DNA from: Eledone cirrhosa
Taxonomy: Eukaryota
Length of the DNA: 64,000 bases
Direction of reading: 5' to 3'
NCBI GenBank assembly: GCA_964016885.1
Contig: OZ024741.1
Location: 104,532,001 to 104,596,000 of the forward strand
Shown: positions 12,501 to 25,184 of the stretch, one piece after another
Layout of the letters: every line of letters begins with the position of its first letter
Position numbering within the stretch: the first letter of the stretch is position 1
Notes under the pieces: model-generated
Told to the model about the DNA's origin: nothing
Database searches by the model: none
What the model saw: only the letters and a program-made list of their open reading frames with translations
Made by a program: the position numbers and the translations under genes

Positions 12501-15385
12501 GTATTAGTTGAGCGGGCGTTGACGAGAGCGGTCGTCAACAACAGGTGGTGGTTCGCCCTGAAAAGGGCAATTAAAGTAGAGTCGATTAGGTTTAGCAAAG
12601 GACTAGTGATAGAGGAAAATAGAGTAGAGGGAGAGTTAGTCAGAAAGCTAGAATAGGCATTTAGGACAGGCATCGCAACCAACGTGCTTGCGGCGAGATT
12701 GGCACTCGACTAATTCTTCAACGCAAAACACGAAGACTGCGTTGTCAGAGCTAGAGCGCGTGCTCTGAAACACGAGGGGACAAAAGCCATCCAATGGGCC
12801 CGGGTGGCAGAGGCGCGACGTGGCAACAAAGCCACAATTTGGTCTTTATCTGACCAAAACGGGCGCGTGTTGCTCGAACCCGAGCAGATGTGTGAAGCTT
12901 TTCAACAGCACTTTGCTGAACTGTTCGGGAGCAGCGGCGGGCCGGATCGGAGTATGGACTTCAGTGCATACCTTGACGGACTGCCTCGGCCCTCGACGAC
13001 TGCAGCACAGTGTTGCGAAAAGCCAATAACAGCCGGTGAAATACGGGAAGCGATGGCTAACTGCACGAGGGGTAAATCGCCAGGTTTGGATGGTCTGCCC
13101 TACGAGCTTTATGCATTTATGCCAGACTTGTTCGGTGACCTCTTGGTAGACGTCTACTGCAACTGGCAGCAGAACGGGAGCATTCCCAGTTTTGTGAGCC
13201 GGGGAGCGGCGGCGTTGCTGAGAAAAGACCCGAACAAGCGGGATGTTATTGATAACTTCAGGCCCATAACTCTGCTAAACGCAGAGTTCAAGATTTTGGC
13301 CAAGGTATTAGCAAAGATATTGGCGCTTTTCGTCGGTGATCTGGTGGGAGAGGCGCAGATATACGCCATTCCGGACAGATTCATCCACGACAACCTCCAT
13401 CTCATACGATACATCATAGAGAGGGTGGTTAAGTAACCTGGCATGGGTGGGGCCCTGATCAACTTGGATCAATCTAAAACATTTGATAGGGTCGACCATC
13501 GGTACCTGGCTGCGGTCTTCGAGGAAGCTGGCTTCGAGCCCGTTTTTAGGGGCTGGATCGCTGCGTTGCACAGCGACATCTGCTCGATTGTTAGGGTGAA
13601 TGGTCACCTGTCACAGCCGTTCAGCATCATGCGCTCGGTCCGCCAGTGTTGTCCCATCTCGTCCCTCTTGTACGTATTGGCCCTCGAGCCGTTACTGCAC
13701 ACATTGGAGACGAAGCGGGGAGTCCCATGCGAACTGGGATGCGGGAGACCCGTGTTATCTTACGCCGACGACGTCACCGTGGTGGTGTCGAGTACCAAAC
13801 ACGCCCAGATGCTCGGCACCGCTCTCAAGGAATACGAAGCGGTAACAGGAGCAAAGATAAACCAGGAAAAGTTGGTGTGCTTGCAACTCGGCACCTGGAG
13901 AGGCAAGTCCATGTCGTCCGACAGCGTCGTAGGGCGCTGGACGGAAGGACCGGTTAAATTGCTCGGGGTCTGGTTCGGTCCGGACCTCCAGATGGAGAAA
14001 AACTGGAGCGAGGTGACGAGCAGGGTGGCCTCTCTCACCCAGAAAAGGGCCGAGGGGAGGCTGTCTCTGAAAGGTCGGATGGAGGTGGCGAATGCGTACA
14101 TCGCGTCCGTCATCTGCTACCGCCTGACCGTCGTACCTTGCTCCCGCCCAACTCTGACTAAAATGGAGCGCCTTCTCTCCCGCTTTTTGTGGAAGGGACG
14201 TGCTCCCATGTTCAGATGATCCATCTGCTGTCAACACCCGTTACGTGGAGGACTAGGCTTGCTGTGGCTGATGATGCGCAAACATGTGCTGAGACTGCGA
14301 CATCTCTGGTGCTTCCTTGACGGTGAACAGGTGTGGTCACCGTTTGCCAGGCGCGCTTTTCCCCAGCTCGTCTCCTTGACGGAGCTGCAGTGCTGGATCA
14401 TGAAAAGACCGAGGGATATCGCTTGGAAGCTGGAATGTCTCTAAGCGCTCACCGCCCTCTACCAGCGTTCTATAGAGGGCTAGTGGGGGGGAAAGAGCGA
14501 TGACGTTGTCGGGGAGACCCTGGGCGTCGAAGACGATCAGCTGTTCGCTCTCTTCAAGAGAACTTTCAGCCCGGCGCCCAACTCTTTGGGAGAACTTTCG
14601 GGCCAGGGCCCATGGACAACTTCAAGAAATCCCTGGCTTGGCAGTGCTACCGGGGAGAATGCCGGTTCGTATAAGCTCTACAGCAACGGAGGTGCTGTCA
14701 GCCGAGCCTGTCCGAGATGCGCGCAGGGCGACGAAACCGTCCTGCACTCACTCGTTCAGTGCCCGAGGATTGCTGACTTGTGGAGCTATGTCGAACAGCT
14801 GCTGTCACGTGTAGGACGGATCCGGTTATCGACTGAGTCCATTGTGCAGATAGCCCCGCCATCCTCCTTTAAAGAGGAGGAAAGGCAGGCAGTTTTCATC
14901 TGCCTGGTGGCCATGGCGAAAGAGATTGTGTGGTGGACAAGGCTGAAAGCGTTGAAGACGGACACTTTCCTCTCCGGTCAATCCCTGATTAACTTTTTCA
15001 AGTTTCACTTGAAGAGAAAAATGAGGGTGGAGAGGCAAGTGCTGTCTTCTAGTAAGTTTGTTGAAAAGTGGGTGAAAGTGGCGAGTCTGGTCCGAGTGAA
15101 CGGGCCAGCTCTGAGTATGCGCCTGTAGACTGAGGAGTGGGAAAACTGAGAGAGGGCGCTTGCCCTGGTGGTCAGGTAGCCGTGGTCTTTTGTGTGGTTT
15201 TCACCACGAGTGACCCTCGGAAGTTTCCCCCTTCTTGGGGAATTTTTGTTGTTTGAATTTTTTATTTCTATCTTGTTATAACCTCTTTACACGGCCAAAA
15301 CCCACTTTGTATCGTCCTGTACCGTTCTGTGCCGTCTGTAATATTTGTCTTCATGTTATCCCCTGTGGCCAATAAAGAAACCATT
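9516..15385 (+). mobile_element. Full-length Tx1/L1-clade non-LTR retrotransposon, copy A (disrupted ORFs)
   Basis: ORF1 from about ATG 9730 to 11688 with CCHC knuckle CFRCGSKTHLRAFC. ORF2 from ATG 11721 to 15128 with APE (NVRGL, GDWN, SYLDR), RT (NFRPITLLN, YADD) and C-terminal CPRC..H...C finger. Several stops and frameshifts. Ends AATAAAGAAACCATT. Confidence 0.93.
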
Positions 15386-15624
15386 AGAGCGCTTGCTCTG
15401 GTGGTCAGGTTGGCCGTGGTCTTTTGTGTGGTTTTCACAACGAGTGACCCTCGGAGATTTCCCCCTTCTTGGGGAATTTTTGTTTGAATTTTTATGATTT
15501 CTAGCCCGATTTTGTTATAACCTGTTTACACGACCAAAACCCACTTTGTATCGTCTTGTACTGTTCTGTGCCGTCTCTAATGTTTTTCTTCATGTTAGCC
15601 CTTGTGACCAATAAAGAAACCATT
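15386..15624 (+). mobile_element. 3'UTR-only Tx1 copy directly after copy A
   Basis: Diverged repeat of 15152-15385 ending AATAAAGAAACCATT then (ATT)n. Confidence 0.85.
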
Positions 15625-15657
15625 ATTATTATTATTATAATTATTATTATTATTATT

Positions 15658-18600
15658 GGCGACTTACGTAGTAAATCGTATCATCGTGAGCTCCGCAAAG
15701 GTTTGTTATTTTCAGTTGTTCAAAATTGCCATTCATGGAAAATTTTATTGTTAACTGTATATAAGTGCACATACATTGTTACCTGAAAAGGACACACAAA
15801 AAGATTGGGGCATTGAGTCCAAAATTTAAACTTTTATAATTATCAAACAAAAATTTTTCTTTGAAACATCATGGCTGACTCAGAGTCACTCCTTTCTCAC
15901 AAACTAACACCTCACACCGACACCACCATTGTAAATATTACTACGTTTGCCAACACTAAAAATATAAGCAGTAGCAATATTTTAAATTTGTCTCAGGCAG
16001 ATATTCATTTCCCGCCATTATCAATGACTGCAGGTGTTAAAGCCGCCACCACCACCACCACCGCGACAACCCCCACCCCCACCACCACCGCGACAACAGA
16101 AACAAAAGAAAAAAATAAATTAACTCGTGATATCGAAATGAATTCAACCAAAATGAACTCTTCCACACCGAACACTACTGACGCCACCACCACCACAACT
16201 GAAACTAAAATTAATAATAACAAAAATAACGATAACAACAACAGCAACAATGACATTAAGAAAACCACCCTGAGTTTTGCCAGAGTAGCAAAACAGTGCG
16301 AAGCATTTCAGGTAACTCAGGAGGCATTAGAAGAGGCCAAAAAAATGGTAAAGAAAAATGGGTACAGGGTCAGCCCCCCCCACACACACACCTAATAAAA
16401 TGGAGCATCGGCGCCTATGCACAGTGTCTTATCGAACAATTAATATAAAATCGCGCCGAGTGGAACGGGCATCCGAGTCCCAAATCCCAAAAACTTTGGG
16501 ACATGTGTGGGAAAAAACCCCACATCAGACGTGGGCAGAAGTATGGAACCATGGACGTGTTCTTTGAAACACCACAGGAGGCTAGAGAACACTCCATGGC
16601 CCCATTAAGAAGTGACGACTTCACACTCGTCCCGAGCTATTGTGGCCAGAGACTCGTAAAGATCAGGGTCACCCACGTTCCACCGGCCATCGAAATTCCC
16701 TGGCTAAACAGAAACAGAAACAAACCCACAACAAACGCAAACAAAACAAAACAACCAAAACGATACACATTACACAGCATTAAATTTGAACAACAACCAA
16801 TTATTACACTACATCCAACACAACACCAGCATCACAGAAAAAGACTACACAACAACCCAAAAGTTCACACCACCTCCACACATACAAATCGCTCGCATCA
16901 CACAGAAAACGTACATGACACTAAAACAAAAATTCCCCAAAGACATCAGAGACTTCCGACAAGCACTCTCCAGGAGAATTTATAAGGACATCCTCCCGGA
17001 GGAGGCCACAAGCAGTGAAAAGGATGGAGAAACCGTCCTTCCTCTACGAGAAGTAAGGTAAGTGGTCTTTCCCATCTTTTCCACTCCATTTCAACATGAC
17101 CTCGCTCAGAATAGGCAGCATAAATGCGCGTGGCTTGGGGTCGTCATGGAAGCAGGGCCACCTGCTCAACGACCTCAGGTCACTAAACATAGATGTAGTG
17201 GCCATCAGCGAGACCAGAATCTCCGAGGCACGGGCCTTCACACCGATCTTCGGCGGCTACGATGTGTACGCATCTCCCAGCCGTCCGGGGTCGGGGGAAG
17301 GAGTTGCTGTGCTTTTTCGGAGAGGTTTGGATCTCGCCATACGGGCCATCTTCCTAGACCCAGAAGGTAAGTTAGTGGTGCTGGACGTGACCAGCGGAGA
17401 CGGGCAAGCTTTCAGGGCGGCCTGATTTCTTCCGGCGTCTGGAGACCTTTCTTGGAACGTCCTGCTCTTTAGTGTTAGTGGGCGACTGGAACGGGATCTT
17501 AGATGCACGCTGGGACTGTGTGGGATTAGCGGATAGGGGAGGAAGGTGCAAGAGTCTAACCAACCTGCTCAGGCGTTTTGAACTGTCTAACAGGTACCGA
17601 TTGGATTTCCCGAATGTGCAAATGTGGACTTGGACAAATCGCATAGGGTCATCCAGATCATATCTAGATAGAGTATTTTGTAGGGAAATAGATAGGTCTA
17701 GCATAGGCTGTCCACAATTCAAGATAGTTAGCTACACGGACAACAAATTCGTGATCTGTGTGCTTGACTTAGATAGGCTTCATAGACGAGGACCCGGCTA
17801 CTGGAAGCTAAACGCGTCCTTACCAGCGCGCAAGGACTACAGAGACCGGATTAGCGAACTAGTTAAACGGGCGTTGACGGGGGCCATCGTCAATAACAAG
17901 TGGTGGTTTGCTCTGAAAAGAGCAATTAGAATAGAGTCCATTAGGTTTAGTAAGGCTTTAGCAATAGAGAAAAATAGAGCAGAGGGAGAATTAGTTAGAA
18001 AATTAGACGAGGCGCTTAGCAAAGGCATCGCGACCGACGTACTTGCAGCGAAATTGGCTCTTGACCAATTCTTCAATGCCGTGGCTGATGATGCGCAGAC
18101 ACGCGCTCAGGCTACGACATCTCCACCTCTTCCTCGACGGTGATCAGGTGTGGTCGCCGTTTGCTAGACACGTCTTTCCCCAGCTCGTCTCCTTGACGGA
18201 GCTGCAGTCCTGGGTCAAGCGAAGACCGAGAGGGAGCGCTTGGAGACTGGAATGTCTTCAGGCGCTCACAGCCCTCGACCAATCGGGCAATGTGATCGGT
18301 AGAAACTCCACCTTGGCGTTCTATAGAGGATTAATGGAGGGGAAGAGCGACGACGTACTTGGAGAAACTCTAGGCGTCGACAAAAATCAACTAGCCAATC
18401 TCTTCGGAAGGACTTTCGGGCCGGGGCCTATGGACAACTTCCAGAAATGCCTGGCCTGGCAGTGCTACCGAGGAGCTTTGCCAGTTCGAGATAAACTCTA
18501 CAGGCATGGAGGTGCCGTCAGCCGGGCATGTCCGAGATGCGCGCAGGGTGACGAAACCGTCCTGCACGCACTCGTCCAGTGTCCGAGCATTGCTGACTTG

Positions 18601-19196
18601 TGGGTTGATGTCGAACACCTGCTGTCACGTGTAGGACGGATCCAGCTATCAGCTGAGTCCATCGTGAGGATTGCCCCGCCCTCTTCCTTTAGCCGGGAGG
18701 GGCAGGCAGTTTTTATCTGGCTGGTGCCCATGGCGAAAGAGATAGTATGGTGGACACGTTTGAAAGGGATGAAGACGAGCACTTACCTCTTCGGTGATGC
18801 CCTGATTAACTTTTTCAAATTTCATTTGAAAAGGAAAATCAGGGTAGAGAGGGAAATGCTCTTCTTCCCAGCATTTTGTTGAAAGATGGGTGAGAGAAGC
18901 AAGTATGGCTCGAGTGAATGGGCCTACTCTGAGTATGTGTCTGTAAATTAAAGGTGGAAAAGTGGGAGAGGGCACTTGCCCTGGTGGTCAGGGTCACTGT
19001 GGCCTTTTAATGGGCTTTCTCCACAAATGTCCCTCGGAAGTCTCCCCCCCTATTGGGGAATTTTTCATTGTTATTTTTTTTATTACATCCTCTGTTTTTT
19101 TTTACACGCAGAAATGCCCATTTGTACTGTCCTGTATTGTCCTGTACTGTCCTTAATGTCTACTTTATGTAAACCCTTGTGGTTAATAAAGAAAGC
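15658..19196 (+). mobile_element. Tx1 copy B, internally deleted (RT domain absent)
   Basis: ORF1 from ATG 15871; ORF2 from ATG 17096 with APE domain; jumps at about 18076 (ATGC) from the post-endonuclease region to the C-terminal domain; (ATT)n on both sides. Confidence 0.9.
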
Positions 19197-19227
19197 ATTA
19201 TTATTATTATTATTATTATTATTATGT

Positions 19228-19412
19228 GCGGTGGATTGGAAGTATTGGCAGAAGGACCGACGCCATGCTTTGTAGCATAAAGTTACGGCTCTTTATGATC
19301 TGAGTTCAAATCCCGCTGAGGTTAACTTTGCCTTTCATCCTTACGAGGTCGATAAAATAAAGTAATAGTAATGCAATGGGTAATTGCTGGCCTTGTGCCA
19401 AAAGTAGAAACA
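19228..19412 (+). mobile_element. SINE inserted at the copy B/copy C junction
   Basis: Same family as 2011 and 39008; attattatgtgc is present on both sides. Confidence 0.85.
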
Positions 19413-19420
19413 ATTATTAT

Positions 19421-22400
19421 GTGCTGAATCTCTCGAGACGGTTGTAACTACGATGGAGTAAGTCAGTTGAATTTTATGAATTTATCGAAAATTTTATATA
19501 GTAATTTTAACACTGGTGTGTAGTTAAGAACACCCCTTTCAAACGAGGTGGTTTTTAAACTGTGTCTCTCGGTCTTAATGTCTGAATTTGTATTTATTTA
19601 CAATCGTACCCCTCCAATTTTTGTTTAAAGCAAACATGGCGGACGAAAATAATTGTCCACGGAGAGGAACAGCGGGTTGTTCGGAGGGTAGAAGAGCCGA
19701 TTCCATCCAATCACAAGGCAAAGGCTAGAACAACAGTAACAACAGCAGCCACTACCACAACAACAGCAGCAGCAGCCACTGGAACAGTAGCAGCAGCAGC
19801 GCAAACTACGAAAAAGATTTTCCATCATTAGAAAGATCAGACAACACCGCCACCCCAATAACAATAATAACAGCAGCAACAGCCATAACGAATTCATGGA
19901 GCAACAACTGTAACAGCAGCAACACAGAAGAAAAAAAAAAACCAGCAAGAACACCACCACCATCAACAACAACAGCAACAAAGGCAAGACTAGCGAGGAG
20001 TCAGCACAGCAGACCACAACCACATCGTTCGCTAAAGCCGCAAAAAATGTTAAACGGGTACGCATCACCAATGAGGAGATAAAGCAAGCCAAGATCTTGG
20101 TTAAAAAGACCGGACACAGGGTAAGTCTCACCCGTCCAGCTAATATAATGAAAAATAAGCTTTTGTGTCCGGTCAGTTATCGCACAATCGGAATAAAATC
20201 GCGCCGAGTCGAACGGGCATCGGAGTCACCGGTCCAAAGGGCTATGGGTGCCGTCTGGGCACAGAAAACATACATAGCCCGAGGATCGAGGTATGGCACT
20301 GTGGATGTGCTCTTCGCTACACTGGAAGAAGCCAGAGCACACTCCATTGCGCCACTCCACAGTGACGAAATAATAATGATGCCCACATACTGTGACCAGA
20401 GAATCGTGAGGGTTCGAGTAACCTAGGTGCCGCCCTCAGTGGAGATCGCGTGGTTGACGGCGTCTGTCCTCACTGACATCCAGGATTCAACAACTATACT
20501 CGACGTCATGCGAATAAGACAGGAGAATTGGACAGGGTCGGGGATGGAGCTAATCATCCAAGCAAACCATGAGAGCATCGAGGCCATCCCCGATGTAATA
20601 GACCTGGGCGACGGCAGCCATCTACCCATGACTGTCGAAGGTAGGCGCCCAAGGTGTCATGGATGTGGTGACAAGACGTACCTTAAGGCCTTCTGCCCCA
20701 AATTCACCAAAATGGGCACGCGCTCCCCTCTTCTCCCCACGCCGTGCCCCGCGACTGGAGTGGACAAACCAACCAAGACCACAATGGCAGAAGAAAAATC
20801 ACTATCTCCAACATCAAAAGCACCATCTCTTCCACCACCAACAGAGCCAATGGAGAGCATGCCCCTTCCCGATATTGCTAAATCGGACAAGGAGTGCGAT
20901 GAGGCCGAAGGATGAAAAAACAACCCAGCAAAAAAAAGGAAGAACTCCCTACCCTTCGCCCTCCAAAAAAAGAAGAGGAAGAAAGAACCCCAAAAAAGAA
21001 AATGAAAACGACAACACCTCCTCCACCACCATCAACAGCCACACCCCCACAACCACCTACACCATCACCACCACCACCACCACAAACACCACCAAACACC
21101 ACCGCCACCATTAACATCTACCCCATCGTCACCTCCAACAACACCACAGCAAACACAGAAAACACCAACACCTCAACAGCAGACACAATACACAGCCATA
21201 GACACAGACAACACAAAGCTTTTAAATTACATTCAACACCACACCAACATCACAGAGACAAACTACGTACAGACCACCAAAATTGCACCCTCCACACACA
21301 TAAAAATAATAGAAATCACCCCAAAAATTACATGACATTAAAAAAAATGTTCCCCACATCAATTGGAGACTACCAAGGGAACATACTAAAAGAATATTCA
21401 CAGACATTCCCGTGGAGAGGCCCGCCACTGGTCGGAGGGATGGATCACACACACCCTTCCTAAAAAAAGAGTCACAGGTAATTTGTGGCTCTTACATAGA
21501 TGTAGTGGCCATCAGCGAGACCAGAATCTCCGAGGCACAGGTATTTGCACCCATTTTCGGCGGCTACGAGGTGTACACATCTCCAAGCCGTTCCGGATCC
21601 GGGGGGGGGGTGCTGTTCCGGAGAAGTCTGGATCTCGAAATACCCAGAAGGTAAGTTGGTGGTGCTGGATGTGACAAGTGGAAAAGGGCAAGCTTTCAGG
21701 CTAGTAGCCGTCCATGTCCCAACAGGAGCAGGACGGCCTGACTTCTTCCGGCATCTGGAGACCTTTCTTGGAACGTCCCGCTGTTTGGTGTTAGTGGGCG
21801 ACTGGAACGGGATCTTAGATGCACGCGGGCACTGTGTGGGATTAGCGGATAGGAGTGTAAAAGCCTAACAAACTTGCTCAGACGTTTTGAACTGTCTAAC
21901 AAGTACGGGTTGGATTTCCCGAATGTGTCAATGTGGACTTGGACAAACCGCATCGGGTCATCCAGATCATATCTAGATAGGGTATTTTGTAGGGAAATAG
22001 ATAGGTCTATAATAGGTTGTCCACAATTCAAGATAGTCGACTACACGGACCACAAATGCGTGATCTGTGTAGTTGAATAGATAGGCTTAATAGACAGGGA
22101 CCCGGCTACTGGAAGCCTAACGCGTCGTTAACAGCGCGCGAAGCTTACAGAGACCGGATTAGAGAATTAGTTAAGTGGGCGTTGACGGGAGCCATCATCA
22201 ACAACAACTGGTGGTTTGCCCTGAAAAGAGCGATTAGAATAGAGTCCATTAGGTTTAGTAAGGCGTTAGTAATAGAGAAAAATAGAGCAGAGGGAGATCT
22301 AGTTAGCAAATTAGATGAGACGCTTGCGGCAAAATTGGCTCTCGAACAAATTTTCAACGCAAAGCACGAAGGCTGCGTTGTCAGACTAGGGTGCGTGCTC

Positions 22401-24841
22401 TCAGGCATGAGGGGACGAAAGGCGTTCAATGGGCCCGGGTGGCGGAGGCGCGTCGTGGCAACAAAGCCATGATCCGGTCTTTGGATGACCACGACGGGCG
22501 CATGATACTCGATCCCGGGTAGATGTGTGCGGCTTTTCAGCGGCACTTTGCTCAGCTGTTCGGGGGCAGTGGCGGGCTGCATAACAGGATGGACTTTAGT
22601 GCCTACCTCGACGGACTACCGCGGCTCTTGGCCACTGAGGCGGAGAGTGCGAAAGGCCGATAACAGCTGCTGAAGTACGGGAGGCAATGACTGGCTGAAC
22701 AATGGGTAAATCGCCTGGTTTGGATGGTCTGCCCTACGAACTTTACGTACATATGCCAGACTTGTTTGGAGAGCTCTTAGCGGATATCTACTGCAACTGG
22801 CAGCAGAACAGGAGTATTCCCAGCTATGTGAGCCGAGGAACAGTGGCACTGCTGAGAAAGGATCTGAACAAGGGGGATGACATAGATAATGTCAGGCTCA
22901 TAACTGCTAAACACAGAGTTCAAAATGTTGGCTAAAGTACTAGAAAAGAGGTCGGTGCTTGTCGGTGGTGATCTGGTGGGAGAGGCGCAGACATGCGCCA
23001 TTCCAGACAGATCCATCCACGACAATCTCAACCTCATGCGATACATCGTAGAGAGGGTAGCTAGGGAACCCGGCACGGGACGGTCCTTGATCAATTTAGA
23101 TCAGTCGAAAGCTTTCAATAGGGTCGACCATCGTTATCTGGCGGCAGTCCTGAGGGCGGCTAGCTTTGGGCCTGTCTTCAGAGGCTGGATCGCTGCCATG
23201 CACAGCGATATCTGCTCTGTGGTGAGAGTGAACGGTCACCTTTCGGAACCATTCAACATCATGCGTTCGGTCCGCCAAGGACATCCTCTCTCGTCCCTGT
23301 TGTACGCATTGACTCTCGAGCCATTACTGTACAAACTGGAGACGTTGAGGGGGGTCCCGCGCGAACTGGGATGCGGAAGAACTGTGTCAGCATATGCAGA
23401 TGACGTCACCGTAGTGGTGTTGAACGCCAAACACATCGAGGTGATTGGCACCACACTAACAGAATACAAGGCGGTGACAGGAGCAATGATCAACCAGAAA
23501 AAATCGGTGGGCCTGCAACTCAGCACCTGGAGAGGCATGTCCATGCCATCCAACAACATCGTCGGGCGCTGGATGGACGGACCGGTCAAATTGCTAGGGG
23601 TCTGGTTCGGTCCGGACCTCCAAACGGACAAAACCTGGGACGAGGTGACGAGCAAGGTGGCTTCTTTCACCCAGAAATGGGCCGAGAGGAAGCTATCCTG
23701 AAAGGTCGAGCGGAAGTGGCGAACGCGTACATCATGTCCGTCATCCACTACCGCCTGACCGTCGTGCCTCGTCCTAAACCTCGCCTGACTGCGCTGGAGC
23801 GTTTGCTATCAATACCCACTACGCGGAGGGCTGGGCATGCCGTGGATGATGATGCGCAGACATGCGCTCAGACTCCGGCACCTCCACCGCTTCCTCAACG
23901 GTGATCAGGTGTGGTCTCCCTATACTAGACGCGTTTTTCCCCAGCTCATCTCCTTGACGGAGCTGCAGTCCTGGGTCAAGCAAATACCGAGAGGAAGCGC
24001 TTGGAGACTGGAATGCTGCAGGCAGTTACAGCCCCTCGACCAGTCAGGCAATACGATCGGTGGAAACTCAACTTTGGCTTTCTATAGAGGGTTAGTGGAG
24101 GGAAAGAGCGACGACGTCCTTGGGGAGACTCTGGGTGTCGACGAAAACCAACTAGCCAATCTCTTTGGGAGAACTTTCGGGCCGGGGCTCATGGACAACT
24201 TCCAGAAATCCCTGGCCTGGCTGTGCTACTGAGAAGCCTTGCCAGTTCGGGATAAACTCTACAGGCATGGAAGTGCCATTAGCCGGGCCTGTCCGAGATG
24301 CGCGCAGGGCGATGAAACAATCCTGCACGCACTCGTCCAGTGTCCGAGCATTGCGGACTTGTGGGTTTATGTCGAACACCTGCTGTCGCGTGTAGAACGG
24401 ATCCGGCTATCAGCTGAGTTCCTCTTCGGTGATACCCTCATTGACTTTTTCAGGTTTCACCTGAAAATGAAAATCCGGGTGGAGAGGGAAGTGCTGCCTT
24501 CCAGCTAGTTTGTTGAAAGGTGGGTAAGAGAGGCAAGAATGGCCCGTATCAATGGGCCTACCCTGAGCGTGTGCCTGTAACATAGTGGGAGGAAAACTGG
24601 AAGAGGGCACTCACCCTAGCAGTTAGAGTAAATGTGGCTTTTTTGTGGGCGTTTTTCATGAGCGACCCTCGGAAGTCTCACCCCATTGGGGAATTATTCG
24701 TTGTTTCCTTTTTTTTTGTTACATCCTCTGTTTTTTTTTTTTTTTACACGCAGAAATGCCCATTTGTACCGTCCAGTATTGTCCTTTGTTGTCCTTAATG
24801 TTATACTTTGTGTAAACCCTTGTGGTTAATAAAGAAAGCAT
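19421..24841 (+). mobile_element. Near full-length Tx1 copy C (disrupted ORFs)
   Basis: ORF1 with degenerate knuckle CHGCGDKTYLKAFC; ORF2 APE, RT (LDQSKAFNRVDH, YADD) and zinc finger; several small deletions; ends AATAAAGAAAGCAT. Confidence 0.92.
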
Positions 24842-24988
24842 CTAGGGAACCTGGCATGGGTTGGTCTTTGATCAATTTAGATTAGTCAAAGCTTTCGATA
24901 GGGTCGAACATCGTTATCTGGCGGCAGTCCTAAGAGCAGCTGGCTTTGGGCCTGTCTTCAGAGGCTGGATTTCTGCCATGCACAGCGG
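24842..24988 (+). mobile_element. Short internal Tx1 RT fragment (copy E)
   Basis: Matches about 23060-23207 (DQSKAFDRVEHRYLAAVLRAAGFGPVFRGWI). Confidence 0.85.
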
Positions 24989-25184
24989 AGGTGGTGGTGG
25001 TGGTGGTAGAAGAGTGAGAGGAAGGGCCGCGATCCATTTCATCGGCAAAAGTTGGTTTCTATATCAAATTTCATCTTTCCATTAAAAAGTTGACCTAAAT
25101 TGAATTTAGAACCAAGGCTTAGTTGCAACTCTTAGGGAACCAGAGAAATTTGAATCGTGATTTATTAAGAACCATTGTCTAGAG

